Below, one piece after another: positions 35,201-46,819 of a stretch of 64,000 nt of DNA (position 1 is the first letter of the stretch; each line of letters starts with the position of its first letter). The notes below the pieces were generated by a model. It did no database searches. It was given only the letters and a program-made list of their open reading frames with translations, and was not told the DNA's origin. Source of the stretch: an uncultured delta proteobacterium. Its GTDB lineage: Bacteria; Myxococcota; Myxococcia; Myxococcales; Anaeromyxobacteraceae. Position numbers and translations under genes: made by a program. The stretch spans positions 32,001-96,000 of the forward strand of contig CAVYBH010000008.1 in the NCBI GenBank assembly GCA_963766715.1, written 5' to 3'.

Positions 35201-38200
35201 CGGACCGTCCCGGGCGTTCGCGAGGTGGTCGTCGTCGCCGAGAGGCGAGCCGAGGGCGACCCTCGCCTCGTCGCCTACTGGACCGGCGACGTGGAGCGCC
35301 TCGCGCTCTACGAGCGGGCCCGCAGCGCGCTCGCGCCGTACATGGTTCCCTCCGCCTACGCCCGGCTCGACGCCTTCCCGCTCACCACCAGCGGCAAGAT
35401 CGACCGCAAGGCCCTGCCCAGCCCGGACGACGTCGCCTCCGACGACGTCCCCGCCCTCGTCCTGCGCCCGCGCGACGACACCGAGGCCCGCATCGCCTCC
35501 ATCTGGGCCGACGTCCTCGGCCTCGACGCCGTCGGCGTCGACCAGGACTTCTTCGCCCTCGGCGGCACCTCGCTCCTCGCCATCCAGGCCCGCTCCCGCA
35601 TCGAGCAGGAGTTCGGCCTCGAGGTTCCCCTCCGCGCCTTCTTCGAATCCCCCACCGTCTCCTCCATCGCCAGCGGGGCTCGGCTCCAGCGCCGCGCCGG
35701 CAGGACCGTCCGCGGCCGGCCCGAGCAGCGTCCGGGCGACCGACCCGGAGGCGCCGGGGGCCGACGCGCGGTCCCTCGCCCTCGGGCTGGCCCGGGCGCG
35801 CGCCGTTCCCCTCACGGCTCGACAGAGCCTGATGTGGCTGGACCAGCAGCTCTTCCCGCACGCCCGCTACCACAACCTGGTCCTCACCCTCTCGATCACC
35901 GGCGACCTCGACATCGAGCGGTTCCGGCGCGCCTGGGCGGATACCGTGGCCAGGCGGGACTTCCTCCGGATCGCCGTGAGCCCGCGCGGGGCCAGCCAGC
36001 GCCTGGTGGAGGTCTCTCCCCCGACCTCCCGCTCGTGGACCTGAATCCCGAACGGCTCCAGGCCTGGGTCGCCGAGCACGGCACCCGGTCCTTCACCTCC
36101 GACGGGGTGCGCTGGGAAGCGGCGCTCCTCCGCCTCGACCGGGAGCACCACGTCTTCTTCCTCGCCACCGACCACATCCTGGTCGACGCGCTCTCGCTCC
36201 GGGTCGCCGTCGCCGACCTGGACCTCCTCTACCAGGGAAAGGCGCCTCCACCGCCTCGCTCGTTCGCCGAGTACCTCGACTTCGAGGCGCACTACAGGGC
36301 GTCGGCCGGCGCGGAGCTGGACCGTGCCTACTGGGAACGCAAGGTGGCCCTCGGGGCACCGCCCCTTCGCCCGTATGGCCTTCGGCGCACCGATCCCTCG
36401 GTGGCCGCCGAGGTCCGCTGGACCGACGCGGATCCGGTGCGAGGGGGGCGCCTGCTCGAGCTGACGCGGTCCGAGGCGTTCCGTTCCGTGAATGGACCGC
36501 TGTCCAGGATGGTGGTGTTCGCCACGGCCCTGGCGGCCTTCCTCCACCGCATCACCGGCAATCGCGAGGTGGTGCTGGGAGCCCCCGTCGCCAACCGGAA
36601 CCCGCGCTTCGCATCGACCAGCGGGCTCCTCATGGAGCAGGTCTTCCTGCGGATCCTCGTCGAGGAGGAGGACACCTTCGAGACGCTGGCTCGCAGGGTT
36701 CACTCGGAGCTGCTGGAGTCCCTCCGCCACGGGCAGGCCTGCGTGAGCGACCGCGGGATGGAGTACGTGACGCTGAACCTCCTGCCCCCACTCCCGACCT
36801 CGTTCGGCGAGCTCGCGGTGGAGATGCACGCTCGACGCCGCCGCGTCGCTCGGCGGGCCCCAGGCAGGCACCGGCGATCTCCGCGATACCTTGCGACTCC
36901 AGATCGTGGACTCGGCATCGAGCGACCTGATCCAGGTCGGCTTCGTCTTCCACAAGGCGACGTTTCCCCGCGAGGTCCAGGAGCGCGTCCTCGACCATTT
37001 CCACCGGATCCTGGACACGATGTCGGCGGATCCCGCCACGTCGATCGAGTCGGTGGGGCTTCAGGACGAGGTCGAACGCGACGGCGGTGCTCCAGGCGTC
37101 GCAGGGGCCGTGGCCGGCGGAGGCGGCGCCGGACGTGGTGGAGCGGATCCGGGAGCAGGCGGGTCGGCGGCCGGAGCACGTGGCGGTGGAGGCGCCGGAC
37201 GGGAAGCTGACGTACGCCGAGCTCGAGGCGGCGAGCAACCGGCTGGCGCGGAAGCTCCGCTCGCTGGGCGTGGTCCGGGAGTCGCGGGTGGGCGTGGCCG
37301 TTCCGCGCGGGGCGCGCGAGCTGTGCGCGCTGCTGGGGACGCTCAAGGCGGGCGGGGCCTACGTCCCGGTCGACCCCGGTCACCCGGTGGAACGGGTCCG
37401 CGTGATCCTGGAGGACGCCGCCCCGGAGGTGCTGATCGCGCCGTCGGACTCGCCGCTGCGCGACGCCATGCCGCCGGGGACGCGGCTGCTCGCGCTCGAC
37501 GACCTGGCGGCCGCCACCGCCGGCCTCGACGGCGCGCCGCTGGACGAAGCCTTCGACCCGGAGCAGCTGGCCTACATCCTCTTCACCTCCGGCTCGACCG
37601 GGCGCCCCAAGGGCGTGGAGGTGCTGCGCGGCGGCTTCGCCAACTTCCTGCGCTCCATGGCGCGGGAGCCCGGGCTCCGGGAGGACGACCGCTTCCTCGC
37701 CATCACCACCACCACCTTCGACATCTCCGGCCTCGAGCTCTTCGGGCCGCTCTGGGTCGGGGCGACGACCGCCATCGTCGACCGCCAGACCTCCATGGAC
37801 CCCCGCCTCCTCGGGGACCTGCTCGCCACGGGAGGATTCACCGTCCTGCAGGCCACGCCGGCCACCTGGCGCATGCTCGTCGACGCCGGATGGAAGGGCA
37901 CGCCGGGGCTGCGGATGTTCTGCGGCGGCGAGGCCCTGAGCCGCGACCTCGCCGACCGCCTCCTCGAGCGGGGCGCCGAGCTCTGGAACCTCTACGGCCC
38001 CACCGAGACCACCGTCTGGTCGACCCTCGACCGCATCCTCCCGGACGGCGCGCGCATCACCATCGGTCGCCCCGTCGACCGGACCCGGGTCTACGTGCTC
38101 GACCCGTCGCTCTCGCTCGTGCCGCCCGGCGTCGTCGGGGAGATCTTCATCGGCGGCGACGGCGTCGCCCGCGGCTACCGGGGACGTCCCGACCTCACCG

Positions 38201-39655
38201 CCGAGAGGTTCCTCCCCGACCCCTTCGGCCCTCCGGGCTCCCGCTTCTACCGGACGGGCGACCTCGGCCGCCTCCTCGAGGACGGGCGCTTCGAATGCCT
38301 CGGCCGCACCAATCACCAGGTCAAGGTTCGCGGCTTCCGCATCGAGCTCGGCGAGATCGAGGCCGCCCTGCGCGGCCGTCCCGGGCGTTCGCGAGGTGGT
38401 CGTCGTCGCCGAGAGGCGAGCCGAGGGCGACCCTCGCCTCGTCGCCTACTGGACGGGCGACGTGGAGCGCCTCGCGCTCTACGAGCGGGCCCGCAGCGTG
38501 CTCGCGCCGTACATGGTTCCCTCGGCCTACGCCCGGCTCGACGCCTTCCCGCTCACCACCAGCGGCAAGATCGACCGCAAGGCCCTGCCCAGCCCCGACG
38601 ACGTCGCCTCCGACGACGTCCCCGCCCTCGTCCTGCGTCCGCGCGACGACACCGAGGCCCGCATCGCCTCCATCTGGGCCGACGTCCTCGGCATCGACGC
38701 CGTCGGCGTCGACCAGGACTTCTTCGCCCTCGGCGGCACCTCCCTCCTCGCCATCCAGGCTCGCTCCCGCATCGAGCAGGAGTTCGGCCTCGAGATTCCC
38801 CTCCGCGCCTTCTTCGAATCCCCCACCGTCTCCTCCATCGCCAGGGGGCTCTCGGCGCCGCGGTCGACCCCGACGAGCCCATCGTCGCCTGGTTGTCCCG
38901 CAAGCCGGCTGGCGTGCCCCCGGTCTTCTGCCTGCTCGGGATCCAGCTCTACCAGGACGTCGCCGAGGCCCTCGGCGGCAGCCAGCCGGTGGTGGGCATC
39001 CACGTCCCGGTCCGGTACCGCCCCGGCGACAGCGCCTCCATCCAGATCGAGGCCATCGCCGCGCGATACGTCTCGCTGATCCGTTCCATCCAGCCGAGCG
39101 GCCCGTATCACCTGGCGGGCTTCTGCTTCGGGGGGGTGGTGGCCTACGAGGTGGCGCGACAGCTGGAGCGCGCGGGCCTGGAGGTCGCCCAGGTGGCAAT
39201 CTTCGACGGGGGGCTGCCCGGCGCCTTCCGGACGCAGCGCCTGGCCCAGATCCGCGAGGCTGGCTCCTACCTGATCCGGCCGTCCAGGGCCCTTGCGTGG
39301 TTCCGTCGCCGTCGACGCAGCCGCGCCGCGTCGGTCCGGCCATCGGCGAGCCCGGCGAGAGGGCCTCGTCGATCTCGACGTCACCAGCCCTGAGCTGCGA
39401 GTGACGGGGCGCAGGTACGAGCGCACGCTGGGCCGGATCCGCGCGCACGTGCTGGTGTTTCGCGCCCTCTACCGGGAACTGGGAGTCGGCGTGCAGGTCG
39501 ACCCCGATCTCGGGTGGTCCCGCTTCGCGGAGCGGGTGTCGGTCTGCATCGTCCCGGCCGTCCACATGGACCTGGTCCAGGCTCCGCAGGCCGAGACAGT
39601 GGCCGCAAGATGGACCGAGGAGCTCCAGATACGGGGCGCCCTGCCTCGAGCCTGA
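32282..39655 (+). CDS. Non-ribosomal peptide synthetase T-C-A-T-C-A-T-TE (multiple frameshifts)
   Basis: T0 DFFSLNGSS; C1 SFAQSRLWFL, HHIVFDAWS; A LAYILFTSGSTGRPKGV, TFDISGLEL, NLYGPTETTVWS, GKIDRKAL; T DFFALGGTSL twice; C2 DHILVD; TE GPYHLAGFCFGG...VHMDL. Confidence 0.9.
33913..38844 (+). repeat. Near-identical ~1.76 kb direct repeat of the A-T didomain (33913-35674 and 37086-38844)
   Basis: Long identical runs by eye, with only scattered substitutions. Confidence 0.92.
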
Positions 39656-39897
39656 CCCACCCAGCCTGCCGCTCGACCGAACGAACGGGCAGTCGCCCGC
39701 CCAGTCTCGGCCCCTACCCGGAAGGGAACGTCAGGATCCAGGGGGCCGTCCTGTCCTTCTCAAGGCAACGCCGCGCCGGCTCTCCATCCCGTGTCCCGGG
39801 ACTCCACGACATCCGAAGACAGGATGTGTGCGAGTGGGGCAAAGGTGGGAAAAGGTAACTGGGAGTTTATCTGGCGGGAACAAGGCGAGGGGTGGGA

Positions 39898-42800
39898 ATG
39901 ACTCGGAATCTCAGGGCCGTCGCAATGGTGTTGCTTCTCGCGTCCTGCGGCGACGGGGACTCCCCTGGACGGCGCGCTCCGTCGGCGGACGCTTCGCCGC
40001 GGCTCGACGCCGGCTCGCGGACCTTCGGCTACAACACGACCGACGGATTTTACTACGCGTCTCACAACTGGCCCCTGGTCAACAATCACCAGGTGCAGCA
40101 GGCCACGCTGACGGAGCCGGGACTCCTCACGGCGATCCGGACGTATTTCTACACCGTCAAGGATGCGCCTGGCTCCGCCATGCGCGTTCGCGGCCTCATC
40201 TACACCGACGAGCAAGGAGCCCCGGGCACGCTGCTCGCGGTGACCCCGGAGGTGACCAACATCGTCGGCGCCGCATGGCGCGAGCTCCCGCTCAGTCCCC
40301 CCATCCAGCTGGAGCCCGGGACCTACTGGATCGGCATCTGGGCCGACGGCAGCCAGGAGGCGCTGTCCCGACCTGGCGTCAATCGCTACAAGCCCGTCCC
40401 GTACAGCACGCTCGGTCCGGCGCAGAATCCCTGGCTCCAGGATTTCAATGGCGGCGTGGACGGCGGCGTCATCCGGCCCGTCTGCGGCGTCTATACGCCC
40501 GCCAGCACAATCACGGCCTCCGTGTCGCTCCAACCCAGCAGCGTGGTCGGCGGTACGGGCGCGACCGGAACGGTCACCCTTTCCGACGTTGCCCCCGCCG
40601 GCGGCGCCGTGATCGCGCTCGCGAGCAGCAACGTGGAGGTGGCCACGGTGCCAGCAAGCGTCACCGTGGACGCCGGCGCGACCTCGGCCACCTTCGCCGT
40701 GACGACCACGGCGGTGACTGCCACGGCGAACGTCACGGTCACCGCTGGCTACGGCGGCGGGACGCGAACCGCGAGCCTGGCGGTCAATCCTGCGCCGGTC
40801 GTCGTCACCCTCTCCTCGGTCTCTGTCAGCCCCGCCAGCGTCGTGGGCGGAACGGGTTCGACCGGCACGGTCACCCTTTCTTCCGCCGCTCCGGCCGGTG
40901 GCGCCGTGGTCACGCTCGCGAGCAGCAACGCCGCGGTGGCGACGGTCCCCGCGAGCGTCACCGTCCCTGCCGGCGCGACCTCGATTGGCTTTGCCATCGC
41001 GACGACGGACGTGCCGGCCTCGACGATCGCCACGATCACCGCCGCCTATGGAGGGTCCACGCGGACGGCGATCCTGGCGGTCGACCAGGCGCCGGTCGTC
41101 GTCACCCTCGCCTCGGTCTCCCTCAATCCCGCCAGCGTCGTGGGCGGAACCGGGTCACCGGCACGGTCACCCTCTCCTCCGCCGCTCCGGCGGGCGGCGC
41201 CGTGATCGCGCTCGCGAGCAGCAACGCCGCGGCGGCGGTCCCCGCGAGCGTCACGGTCCTCGCCGGCGCGACCTCGGCCACCTTCGCCGTGACGACCACG
41301 GCGGTGACTGCCACGGCAAACGTCACGGTCACCGCGGCCTACGGCGGCGGGACGCGCACCGCGAGCCTGGCGGTGAATCCGGCGCCGGTGGTCGTCACCC
41401 TCGCCTCGGTCTCCCTCAATCCCGCCAGCGTCGTGGGCGGAACGGGCTCGACCGGCACGGTCACCCTCTCCTCCGCCTCTCCGTCGGGTGGCGCCGTGGT
41501 CACGCTCTCCAGCAGCAACGCCGCGGCAGCGGTCCCCGCGAGCGTCACGGTCCTGGCCGGCGCGACCTCGGCGACCTTCGCCGTGACGACCACGGCGGTG
41601 ACTGCCGCGGCCAACGCCACGGTCACCGCGGCTTACGGCGGCGGGACGCGACCGCGATCCTGGCAGTCAATCCCGCGCCGGTCGTCGTCACCCTCGCCTC
41701 GGTCTCCCTCAATCCGCGCCAGCGTCGTGGGCGGAACGGGCTCGACCGGCACGGTCACCCTCTCCTCCGCCGCTCCGGCCGGCGGCGCCGTGGTCGCGCT
41801 CGCCAGCAGCAGCGCCGCGGTGGCGTCGGTCCCCGCGAGCGTCACGGTCCTTGCCGGCGCGACCTCGGCTGGCTTCGCCGTGACGACACGGCGGTGACCT
41901 GCTGCGGCAAACGTCACAGATCACCGCGGTCTACGGAGGGTCCACGCGGACCGCGAACCTGGCGTCAACCGGCGCCGTCGTCGTACCCTCGCCTCGGTCT
42001 CCCTCAATCCCGCCAGCGTCGTGGGCGGCACCGGGTCGACCGGCACGGTCACCCTCTCCTCCGCCGCTCCGGCCGGCGGCGCCGTGGTCACGCTCGCGAG
42101 CAGCAGCGCCGCGGCGGCGTCGGTCCCCGCGAGCGTCACGGTCCTCGCCGGCGCGACCTCGGCCGCCTTCGCGGTGACGACCACGGCGGTGACTGCCACG
42201 GCCAACGTCACGGTCACCGCGGGCTACGGCGGCGGGACGCGCACCGCGATCCTGGCGGTCAATCCTGCGCCGGTCGTCGTCACCCTCGCCTCGGTCTCCC
42301 TCAATCCCGCCAGCGTCGTGGGCGGAACCGGGTCGACCGGCACGGTCACCCTCTCCTCCGCCGCTCCGGCGGGCGGCGCCGTGGTCACGCTCGCGAGCAG
42401 CAGCGCGGCGGCGGCGGTCCCCGCGAGCGTCACGGTCCTGGCCGGCGCGACCTCGGCCACCTTCGCCGTGACGACCAGGCGGTGACTGCCACGGCCAACG
42501 TCACGGTCACCGCGGCTACGGCGGCGGGACGCGCACCGCGAGCCTGGCGGTCAATCCTGCGCCGGTCGTCGTCACCCTCGCCTCGGTCTCCCTCAATCCC
42601 GCCAGCGTCGTGGGCGGAACGGGCTCGACCGGCACGGTCACCCTCTCCTCCGCCGCTCCGGCCGGCGGCGCCGTGGTCACGCTCGCGAGCAGCAGCGCCG
42701 CGGCGGCGGCGGTCCCCGCGAGCGTCACGGTCCTGCCGGCGCGACCTCGGCCGCCTTCGCCGTGACGACCACGGCGGTGACTGCCACGGCCAACGTCACG

Positions 42801-44240
42801 GTCACCGCGGCCTACGGCGGCGGGACGCGCACGCGCGATCCTGGCGGTGAATCCTGCGCCGGTCGTCGTCGACCCTCGCCTCGGTCTCCCTCAATCCCGC
42901 CAGCGTCGTGGGCGGAACGGGCTCGACCAGCGCGGTCACCCTCTCCTCCGCCGCTCCGGCCGGCGGCGCCGTGGTCACGCTCGCGAGCAGCAGCGCCGCG
43001 GTGGCGTCGGTCCCCGCGAGCGTCGCCGTACCTGCCGGCGCGGACCTCGGCCACCTTCGCCGTGGCGACCACGGTCCGTACGAGCAACACCACCGCGACG
43101 ATCACGGCATCCCTTTCCGGACGACCCGGACGGCCCGGCTGACCGTACTCCGGATCGCGGTGCTGTCGCTGGCGCTCAATCGCCCAGCGTGGAGGAGGCA
43201 CCTCGGCCATCGGCACCGTCGCAATCAACGTCGCGGCTCCGGCGGCGGGATTCCGCGTCACGCTCACCAGCAGCCTGACCTCGATGGCGACCGTACCGAC
43301 CAGCGTGACGGTGCCAGCCGGCGCGACGAGCGCGACCTTCCCGGTGACGACGAGACCGGTGACCACCTCGGGTTCCGTCCGAATCTCCGCCTCCGGAGGC
43401 GGGGCCACCCGGTCTGCCACCCTGACGGTCAATCCTGCGCCGGTCGTCGCGACCCTCGCCTCGGTCTCCCTCAATCCCGCCAGCGTCGTGGGCGAAACGG
43501 GCTCGACCGGCACGGTCCGGCTTTCCGCCGTCGCGCCCGCGGGCGGCGCCATGGTCACGCTTTCCAGCAGCGGTGCCGCGGCGGCAACGGTCCCGGCAAG
43601 CGTCGCCGTCCTTGCCGGCGCGACCTCGGCCACCTTCTCCGTGGCGACCGCGGCGGTGACTGCCACGGCCAACGTCACCGTCAGCGCGAGCTACGGCGGG
43701 GTGACTCGCACCGCGAATCTCGCCGTGATGGTCGCGGGGAGCATCTCGCGCGTCTTCGGATACGACACCATCGATGGCTTCTCCTATGCCTCACACAACT
43801 GGCCCCTCGCGAACAACCAGCAGGTCCAGCCGGCCACCCTGACGGAGCCTGGACTCCTCACGTCCATCCGCACCTACTTCTACTCGGTGGCAGATGCTCC
43901 GGGCTCCGCCATGCGCGTGCGCGGTCTCGTCTATGCCGACGCGGTGGCGCACCGGGGGCGTTGATCGCCGTGACTCCCGAGGTCTCCAGCATCGTCGGCG
44001 GCGCCTGGCGCAATCTTCCGCTCGCCACGCCCGTCGCCCTCCCACCGGGCACCTACTGGATAGGAATCTGGGGCGACACCAGCCAGGACGCCCTTTCGCG
44101 ACCCGGCGTCAACCGCTACAAGCCGGTCACCTACAGCAGCACCGGGCCGGCGCAGAGCCCCCTGGCTGCAGGATCGCAACGGCGGCGTGGACGGCGGGGT
44201 CGTCCGGCCCGTCTGCGGCGTGTACACGCCCTCCAATTGA
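39898..44240 (+). CDS. Giant surface lipoprotein: terminal domain, 11 Ig-like repeats, duplicated terminal domain (frameshifted)
   Basis: Lipobox LASC; [18 protein letters not shown]...RPVCGVYTP domain at both ends; ~98-aa Ser/Thr/Ala/Val-rich repeats between. Confidence 0.8.
40505..43735 (+). repeat. Tandem array of 11 coding repeats of ~295 bp
   Basis: GCCAGCGTCGTGGGCGGA-like anchor recurs near 40536, 40833, 41130, 41423, 41718, 42011, 42308, 42600, 42899, 43183 and 43478. Confidence 0.88.
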
Positions 44241-44413
44241 TCCGGCTCGCGGGCCGTGCGTTGGGGGGGCGCCCGTTGGAGGCATCTCGACGGGGACGCG
44301 CTCGATTCGATGCCGATGGCCAGGGCCCCGTTAAGAGAATGCGGCGCCATGCCACCGATCCGCGCAGTCCGTGCAGCGCGTGAACGGCGAAGGCGACACC
44401 CGCGCAGAAAGGG

Positions 44414-45750
44414 ATGACCATGAACCCGGCCAGTTCCGTTCGACGCGCCGCCCTGGCGTTCGCCACCCTGCTGGTGCTGGGCGCCTGCAGCGGCACGCCC
44501 ACCCCCGCGCAGCCCGGGCTACCCGGGGATACCGGGGGATCCCGCCACCGTGGCCGTCGTGGTCAGCCCTCCGGCCGCGCAGGTCTCCCCATCCGGAACG
44601 CAGGGCTTCGTCGCGACGGTGAGCGGGGCCTCCAATCTGGCCGTGCGCTGGGACGTCGCCGAGAGCGGCGGCGGCACGATCGATTCGAATGGCCTCTACC
44701 GGGCCCCCGCCCAGGCCGGGACCTTCCACGTCGTCGCGACCTCGCTCGCCGACGCGTCCAAGTCCGCGACGGCCGCCGTGACCGTCACCGCCTCCCAGCC
44801 CGCCGTCGTGGGGGTCTCGATCTCGCCCCAGTCCCGCTCCGTGACCACGGGAGGATCGATCCAGTTCACCAGCGGCGTCTCCGGCACCTCCGACACGCGG
44901 GTCACGTGGACGGTCTCCGAGGGTTCGGCGGGCGGCTCGGTCGACTCGGGTGGCCTCTACCAGGCTCCCGCCCAGGCCGGGACCTTCCACGTGGTGGCGA
45001 CGTCGGTCGCCGATGCGACCCGGTCGGCCACCGCGACGGTGACCGTGACGGCGCAGCCGCTCCCGGCCACCGACCTCGCAGCCCAGTTCGACGTGCTCTC
45101 GCGCCACGCGATCCTGTTCGAGCATGCCTCGGTGGGCGAGAACATCATGGACGGCGTCGCGGGATCTGCTCGCAGGGCGTGAGCGGGCCGAAGCCCACCA
45201 TCATCAACATGAACGCCTCCATCGGCGGCCTGAAGCCCGACCTGATGCGCGCGGGCGTGTGGGCCGAGTCGATGAAGCTCGCCCTGCTGAACGGCAGCCC
45301 GATGCAGAAGATCACCACGTTCAAGGACGACCTGGCCGGCGGCTCCGGCGCCAAGGTCGACATCGCCTTCATGAAGTTCTGCTTCGTCGACTTCGACGGG
45401 AGCACCGACCCGGCTGCCCTCTTCAGCGCCTACCAGTCGATGATCACGTCGGTGAAGGCCCAGTACCCGGACGTCCACTTCGTCCACTTCACCGCGCCCC
45501 TGGAGACCGTCTCGAACGGCGCCTACAACGTCGTCCGCGAGGCCTTCAGCGCGCGGGTCCGGGCCGCCTACGGGTCGGACGTCTTCGACCTCGCGCTCCT
45601 CGAGTCGACCTGTCCGGGCGGCAGGCGCGAGCTGTCGGGCGGCGTGCCGGCCCTGTGCCCGGAGTACACGAGCGACAGCGGCCACCTGAACGCGACCGGC
45701 CAGGCCGGGTGGTGCCGGAGCTGGTGAAGTTCCTGGCGAACCTCCCCTAG
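44414..45750 (+). CDS. Lipoprotein with two Ig-like domains and a C-terminal SGNH-like domain (frameshifted)
   Basis: LGAC lipobox; two GLYxAPAQAGTFHVVATS repeats; EHASVGENI, DIAFMKFCFVDF, DSGHLN. Confidence 0.7.
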
Positions 45751-45811
45751 GCGGCGGTCCGGCGGGCCAAAAAACTCGCCCCTCCCCGCCTCCGCTGAGA
45801 GACTCCTGCCC

Positions 45812-46819
45812 ATGGCGCCTCCCGACCCGACACAGGCGCCCGCGGCCGCCAGCGGCGCGGGTGCGCCCCGGCGGCTCCTCCTCATCGCCTCGTCCGGCGG
45901 CCACATCTTCGAGATGTTCTGCCTGCGGGACTTCTGGGGGGACAAGGACCGCTTCTGGGTGAGCTTCCCCACGGCGGACGCGCAGTACCTCCTGAAGGAC
46001 GAGAAGGAGGTCTACTGGGCCGCCCATCCCACCGTGCGCAACGTCCCCAACCTGCTCCGGAACCTGGCGCTGGCGGCGAAGCTCCTCCGCACCAACCGGC
46101 CCGACATGATCCTCACCACCGGATCGGGCGTGGCCGCGCCGTTCCTCTGGCTGGCGCGCCTCCTCGGCATCCCCACCGTCTTCGTGGAATCCATCACCCG
46201 CATCACCGAGATCTCCCTCACCGCACGGATGGTGAAGCCCTTCGCGACGAGGATGCTGGTCCAGTGGCCGGAGCTGGTGGATCGCTACCCGGGCGTGGAG
46301 CATCACGGGAGGATCGTGTCGATCTTCGTGATCATGGGGATGGAGGTCCACCCGTTCGACCGCCTGGCGCGCGCCGTGGACGAGCTGCAGGCGAGCGGCG
46401 TCGTCGGGGAGGACTTCCTCGTCCAGCTGGGCGCCTGCACCTACGAGCCCCGCCACGCGCGCTACGAGCGGTACGTCTCCTTCGGCGCCCTCTGCGAGCA
46501 CGTCCGCGTGCCTCCAGCGTGGTCATCACCCACGCCGGCGCCGGCTCGACGCTCGTCTGCATCCAGCAGGGCAAGCACCCCATCATGGTTCCCCGCCGCG
46601 CGCGGTGGGGAGAGCACGTGGACGAGCACCAGGTGCCGTTCGCGGAGAAGCTGTCGGAGGGCGGGCTGGCCACCACGGTCGACGACCTCTCGACGCTGCC
46701 GGCCGCGATCGAGGCGGTCCGGGGCCGCGTCGCCCGCAAGCGACGCCATGGGACGCGCCGCCGAGCTGTCGGCGTGGCTGGAGGGCTTCTGGCGGGCCCT
46801 CCCCGGGCGCGCCCCCTAG
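45812..46819 (+). CDS. Alg14/PssD-like plus Alg13/PssE-like (GT28 C-terminal) glycosyltransferase pair, apparently in one frame
   Basis: LIASSGGHI, ILTTGSGVA, FVESITRI, VQWPE; then IFVIMGMEVHPFDRL, VITHAGAGS, PRRARWGEHVDEHQ. Confidence 0.85.
   Translation: MAPPDPTQAPAAASGAGAPRRLLLIASSGGHIFEMFCLRDFWGDKDRFWVSFPTADAQYLLKDEKEVYWAAHPTVRNVPNLLRNLALAAKLLRTNRPDMILTTGSGVAAPFLWLARLLGIPTVFVESITRITEISLTARMVKPFATRMLVQWPELVDRYPGVEHHGRIVSIFVIMGMEVHPFDRLARAVDELQASGVVGEDFLVQLGACTYEPRHARYERYVSFGALCEHVRVPPAWSSPTPAPARRSSASSRASTPSWFPAARGGESTWTSTRCRSRRSCRRAGWPPRSTTSRRCRPRSRRSGAASPASDAMGRAAELSAWLEGFWRALPGRAP

Noticed and set aside
40505..43735. Repeat array as a possible CRISPR or non-coding array
   Set aside because: Units are ~295 bp, protein-coding, lack unique spacers, and no cas genes are present.
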